Positions 61,059 to 64,000 of a stretch of 64,000 nt of DNA are shown here, piece by piece. Under the pieces are notes generated by a model that worked only from the letters and a program-made list of their open reading frames with translations, searched no databases and was not told where the DNA came from. The DNA comes from Candidatus Bathyarchaeota archaeon. Its GTDB lineage: Archaea; Thermoproteota; Bathyarchaeia; Bathyarchaeales; Bathycorpusculaceae. The DNA is taken from assembly GCA_963739305.1 (NCBI GenBank), contig CAVTZU010000010.1, forward strand, positions 53,279 through 117,278, in the 5' to 3' direction. A program made the position numbers and the translations under genes. Positions within the stretch are counted from its first letter, which is position 1, and each line of letters starts with the position of its first letter.

Positions 61059-61817
61059 ATGGTCAAGCTTCGCATGTCCGAGATGACTCGGGTTGATATC
61101 CAGAAAGCCCTGGACAGAGGTTTTAGCACGGTTGTATTCGCCGTGGGCTCAAATGAACAGCATGGGCCTCATCTGCCTACCTGTACGGATACGTTGGAAG
61201 GTGATGTTTTGGCCAATAAAGTGACTTTGAAACTTGGTAGGGCTCTTCAAGCGCCTTCCATAAACGTAGGATGCTCCGATGCTCACATGGTGTTCCCCGG
61301 AGCCATCAGTCTTAGACCTGAAACGCTGAAAAGTTTGATCCGTGACTATTGCGTTAGTTTGGCAAAGCAGGGGTTCAAGAACATCGTTATACTTCCATCT
61401 CACGGAGGAAATTTCAATGCTGTGCGAGAGGTGACCGATGAGCTCAGCCAAAGTCTTGAAGGAACTAAAGTCGTGTCTTACACTGATCTGAAAGGTCTTC
61501 TTGAATTCCTTGCCGAGTTTTCATCTAGACATGGAGTTTCGGCTGCTGAATCAGGGGCTCACGCAGGTGAATCTGAAACGTCAATGGTTTTGGCCATACG
61601 CAAAGACCTGGTTGACATGAAGAATGCTGAAAAAGGTTTTGTGGGAAGTTTCGATGATAAGATGATGGGTCTTATGTATAGTCAAGGCATTAAAGCCGTA
61701 TCGAAGAACGGTGTGCTTGGTGATTCTCGCAAAGCAGAAGCTGGCAAAGGAGAAGAGTACTTGGAGCTTTGGGCAGAGAAAATGGTAGACTTTGTCCGAA
61801 AGCAAGTCGACATTTGA
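61059..61817 (+). CDS. Creatininase family protein (mirror copy 2, intact)
   Basis: Same motifs as copy 1; 8 amino-acid differences and no indels. Confidence 0.75.
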   Translation: MVKLRMSEMTRVDIQKALDRGFSTVVFAVGSNEQHGPHLPTCTDTLEGDVLANKVTLKLGRALQAPSINVGCSDAHMVFPGAISLRPETLKSLIRDYCVSLAKQGFKNIVILPSHGGNFNAVREVTDELSQSLEGTKVVSYTDLKGLLEFLAEFSSRHGVSAAESGAHAGESETSMVLAIRKDLVDMKNAEKGFVGSFDDKMMGLMYSQGIKAVSKNGVLGDSRKAEAGKGEEYLELWAEKMVDFVRKQVDI

Positions 61818-62001
61818 TCGACCAATATTGCGCACGCCTTTTCTTTCTGTCTATTTGCAGTTTGTCGTTACGTTGGGGAGGAGAACATTAGACTTATTGT
61901 ACTATATGAAAAGCATTACAGTTGAAATGCGAGAAGCACGTGTCCTGAAGCTGTAGTCTTTAATAATCAACTTGTTCAACTCTGTCTTCGAGGTGTCAAT
62001 A

Positions 62002-62794
62002 ATGAGTGATGTCCAGACTGCTTCCGGCACGTGTGACAAAGGGGCAACCGGACTAGACCTAAGAACAAAACATTCATTGTAACGGGGGCTTCGAGAGGAA
62101 TCGGTCGTGCTTTCGTTTCAGAACTGGCTCAAAATGGCATTAACCGTCTTGAACGCCAGAAAGCGGGAACTTCTTGAAGAAGTAGCGTCTGCAGTTCGAC
62201 GGAAAGGTGTTCACGCATTGACGTGACAGGTGATGCTGCTTTGGCTTCAACGCGCGAAATATGGTGAAAGCTGCGATTAGAATTGGCGAATTCACTGGTT
62301 TCATTCACAATGCCGGAACTGCACATCCTGGTCCTTTCTTGTACGAACTTGCTGAAAAAGTGTTTTAGAATGTCTGGGATCTAACGTGTTAGCTGCTTAC
62401 CAGATTGCGCGTTTCTCTTATCCTGAGCTGCGCAGAAGGAAGAGTGATTTAGCGGTTTTCTTCGGGTCTGGAGCTGCAGAGAGGAACATAGAAGGAATTG
62501 GAGCTTACTGCTTATCAAAGGCCACGGAAGAGCATTTCGCGACAAACCAATTCTGAGGTCCCAGAGATAACTTGTTTCGTTTATCAACCTGGGGCTGTTG
62601 AGACTGATCTCCAGAAGGGCGCTCGGGAAGCAAAGGGCAGTGGAGCTGAAAATGTACGTCCGTGTCTTTGGTGATATGCAGAAGCAAGGAATTATAAAAA
62701 CTCCAGAAGCAGCCGCGCGAGCTTTAGTGAAGATAATCCAGAGAGACCCACGTCGCTTCCATGGTAAGATGGCTCTCCTTTAAGGACGGTTTAG
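62002..62794 (+). pseudogene. Indel-riddled mirror copy of the SDR gene
   Basis: Reverse complement of 57922-58722 with many small indels. Confidence 0.7.
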
Positions 62795-62950
62795 TAAATC
62801 AGAATATGCGCTTTTTTGCAGTTTGCTGGTTGACTTGAAGATGGGAACATTAGATTTATTAGGTGTACTGAAAAGGCATTAAGTTTGAAGGCACAGCTCT
62901 GAGCAGAGCCTAATTTTGCAGCAATTCTTTTATTTGTTCAACGTGGAAGA

Positions 62951-63931
62951 GTGAAAGGGGAGTGTCCAGCAGTGCCACCTCGACTGCCAGAGTCCGAAAC
63001 ATTTTCAGATAGAACGATTAGCGAATAGTGTCTATGCTGCAGTTGCCTCTGAGCAGGGATATGCAAGCTGCAATGCTGGGTATCATCGACATTGGTGACA
63101 GAACCAGTCATCTTCGACACGTTCCTCTCTCCAGAAGCAGCCAGAGATCTTTTGAATGCTGCTGAACAAAGTAAACAAATCACATATGCCTATAGACAGT
63201 CAGCGAGCACAACGACCATATTCGCGGCAACCAAGTCTTTCGTTCGGACATGTGGATCTAGTCAGCACCGTGAAGACTTCGTGCGAACAAGTGCCGAAAC
63301 GAGCCTGAAAATATCAAATCGAAGAAAAAAGACAATTCTCAAGGAAATCATGGATGCGGAGTCAAAACTTGATACTGAGAAAGATGCCAAAAGACAGCAA
63401 GAAGTTTTCCTTTATTGATTTCTTACATGCAGGGTGTAAGCAAATCGCATTGTGAATTGAAGACGAGACTCCAAACATCACTTTTGAAAATGGGCTCACA
63501 ATACGCGGCACAGAGAGAACAATAAAGCTTCTACCTCTTGCTGGTCACACATTCAGTGACGTTGCTGTTTTACCTACGAATAAGAAAATTGCGTTTATGG
63601 GCGATTTGCTTTTTTGTCAATATGCATCCTTACCTCGCAAGTGGCTCTCCTGAACAATGGAAACAATCACTGGCTAAGATTGAAAAGTTAGATTATACCG
63701 GGTTCGTTCTGGTCATGGTCCTGTGGGTCAATAAACAGACCTTTTGGTAATGTCTCAATATATCCAATCACTTGAAAGCATCCATCGTGAACAGGGTTGG
63801 CAAACATGTGGAGCAAGCATCTCTTGAACCAATCCCCTCACCATTCGACACTTGGCTATGTATTGAAAACTTTTTGTCGCCAATCTCGAGTTTCTTTACA
63901 AGCATCTCAACGCAAGGGAATAAGAAAGTAG
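62951..63931 (+). pseudogene. Indel-riddled mirror copy of the MBL hydrolase gene
   Basis: Fragments IFDTFLSPEAARDLL, HPYLASGSPEQWKQ and LEPIPSPFDTWL lie in different frames. Confidence 0.7.
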
Positions 63932-64000
63932 ATTGGCTGAACGCATTCTTTTCTTCCTTGTGACATGACTTTACAGTTCGTTGCCGGAAACGTGGACTTA

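Larger units (their letters stand above)
56711..64000. repeat. Giant inverted repeat (arms about 3.65 kb each within the window, 6-nt loop at 60364-60369)
   Basis: 60370-64000 is the reverse complement of 56711-60363; the right arm accumulates indels. Confidence 0.95.

Noticed and set aside
58907-61817. Creatininase pair as the template/variable repeats of a diversity-generating retroelement
   Set aside because: The differences involve all four bases rather than adenines only, and no reverse transcriptase is present.
197-63963. Numerous short antisense or overlapping ORFs in the ORF track
   Set aside because: They are shadows of well-supported genes and have no recognisable motifs.

Overview
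Archaeal chromosomal DNA, most likely Bathyarchaeia. This is inferred from rpoL/csl4/dph2/tfs/rpl10e, class III pilins, an Hdr-Mvh operon with no mcr in the window, a NosD/CARDB/dockerin surface protein and frequent TTG starts. About 1-40.6 kb is core genome: the end of a type IV pilus locus, glmM/glmU, Lsm, PAC2, tgtA, proteases, an acetate-CoA ligase-GNAT fusion, a duplicated hdrA-mvhD module followed by hdrCB-mvhGA-hycI, then rpl10e, ppsA and the dph2-csl4-rpoL-tfs cluster. After tfs comes an accessory region. It opens with a tyrosine-integrase C-terminal remnant and holds a frameshifted phosphoesterase-NosD-dockerin gene, an rml cluster and many unrelated single genes. Its intergenic DNA carries three repeat families: a 28-bp direct repeat, (CG)n palindromes, and a 70-71-bp module placed after three consecutive unrelated genes in a cassette-like way. 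The last 7.3 kb is one giant inverted repeat folded at about 60366. It is probably a fold-back read or assembly artefact, but the two creatininase copies differ mostly by synonymous changes. No rRNA, tRNA or CRISPR array was recognised. All counts were made by eye and no database searches were run.
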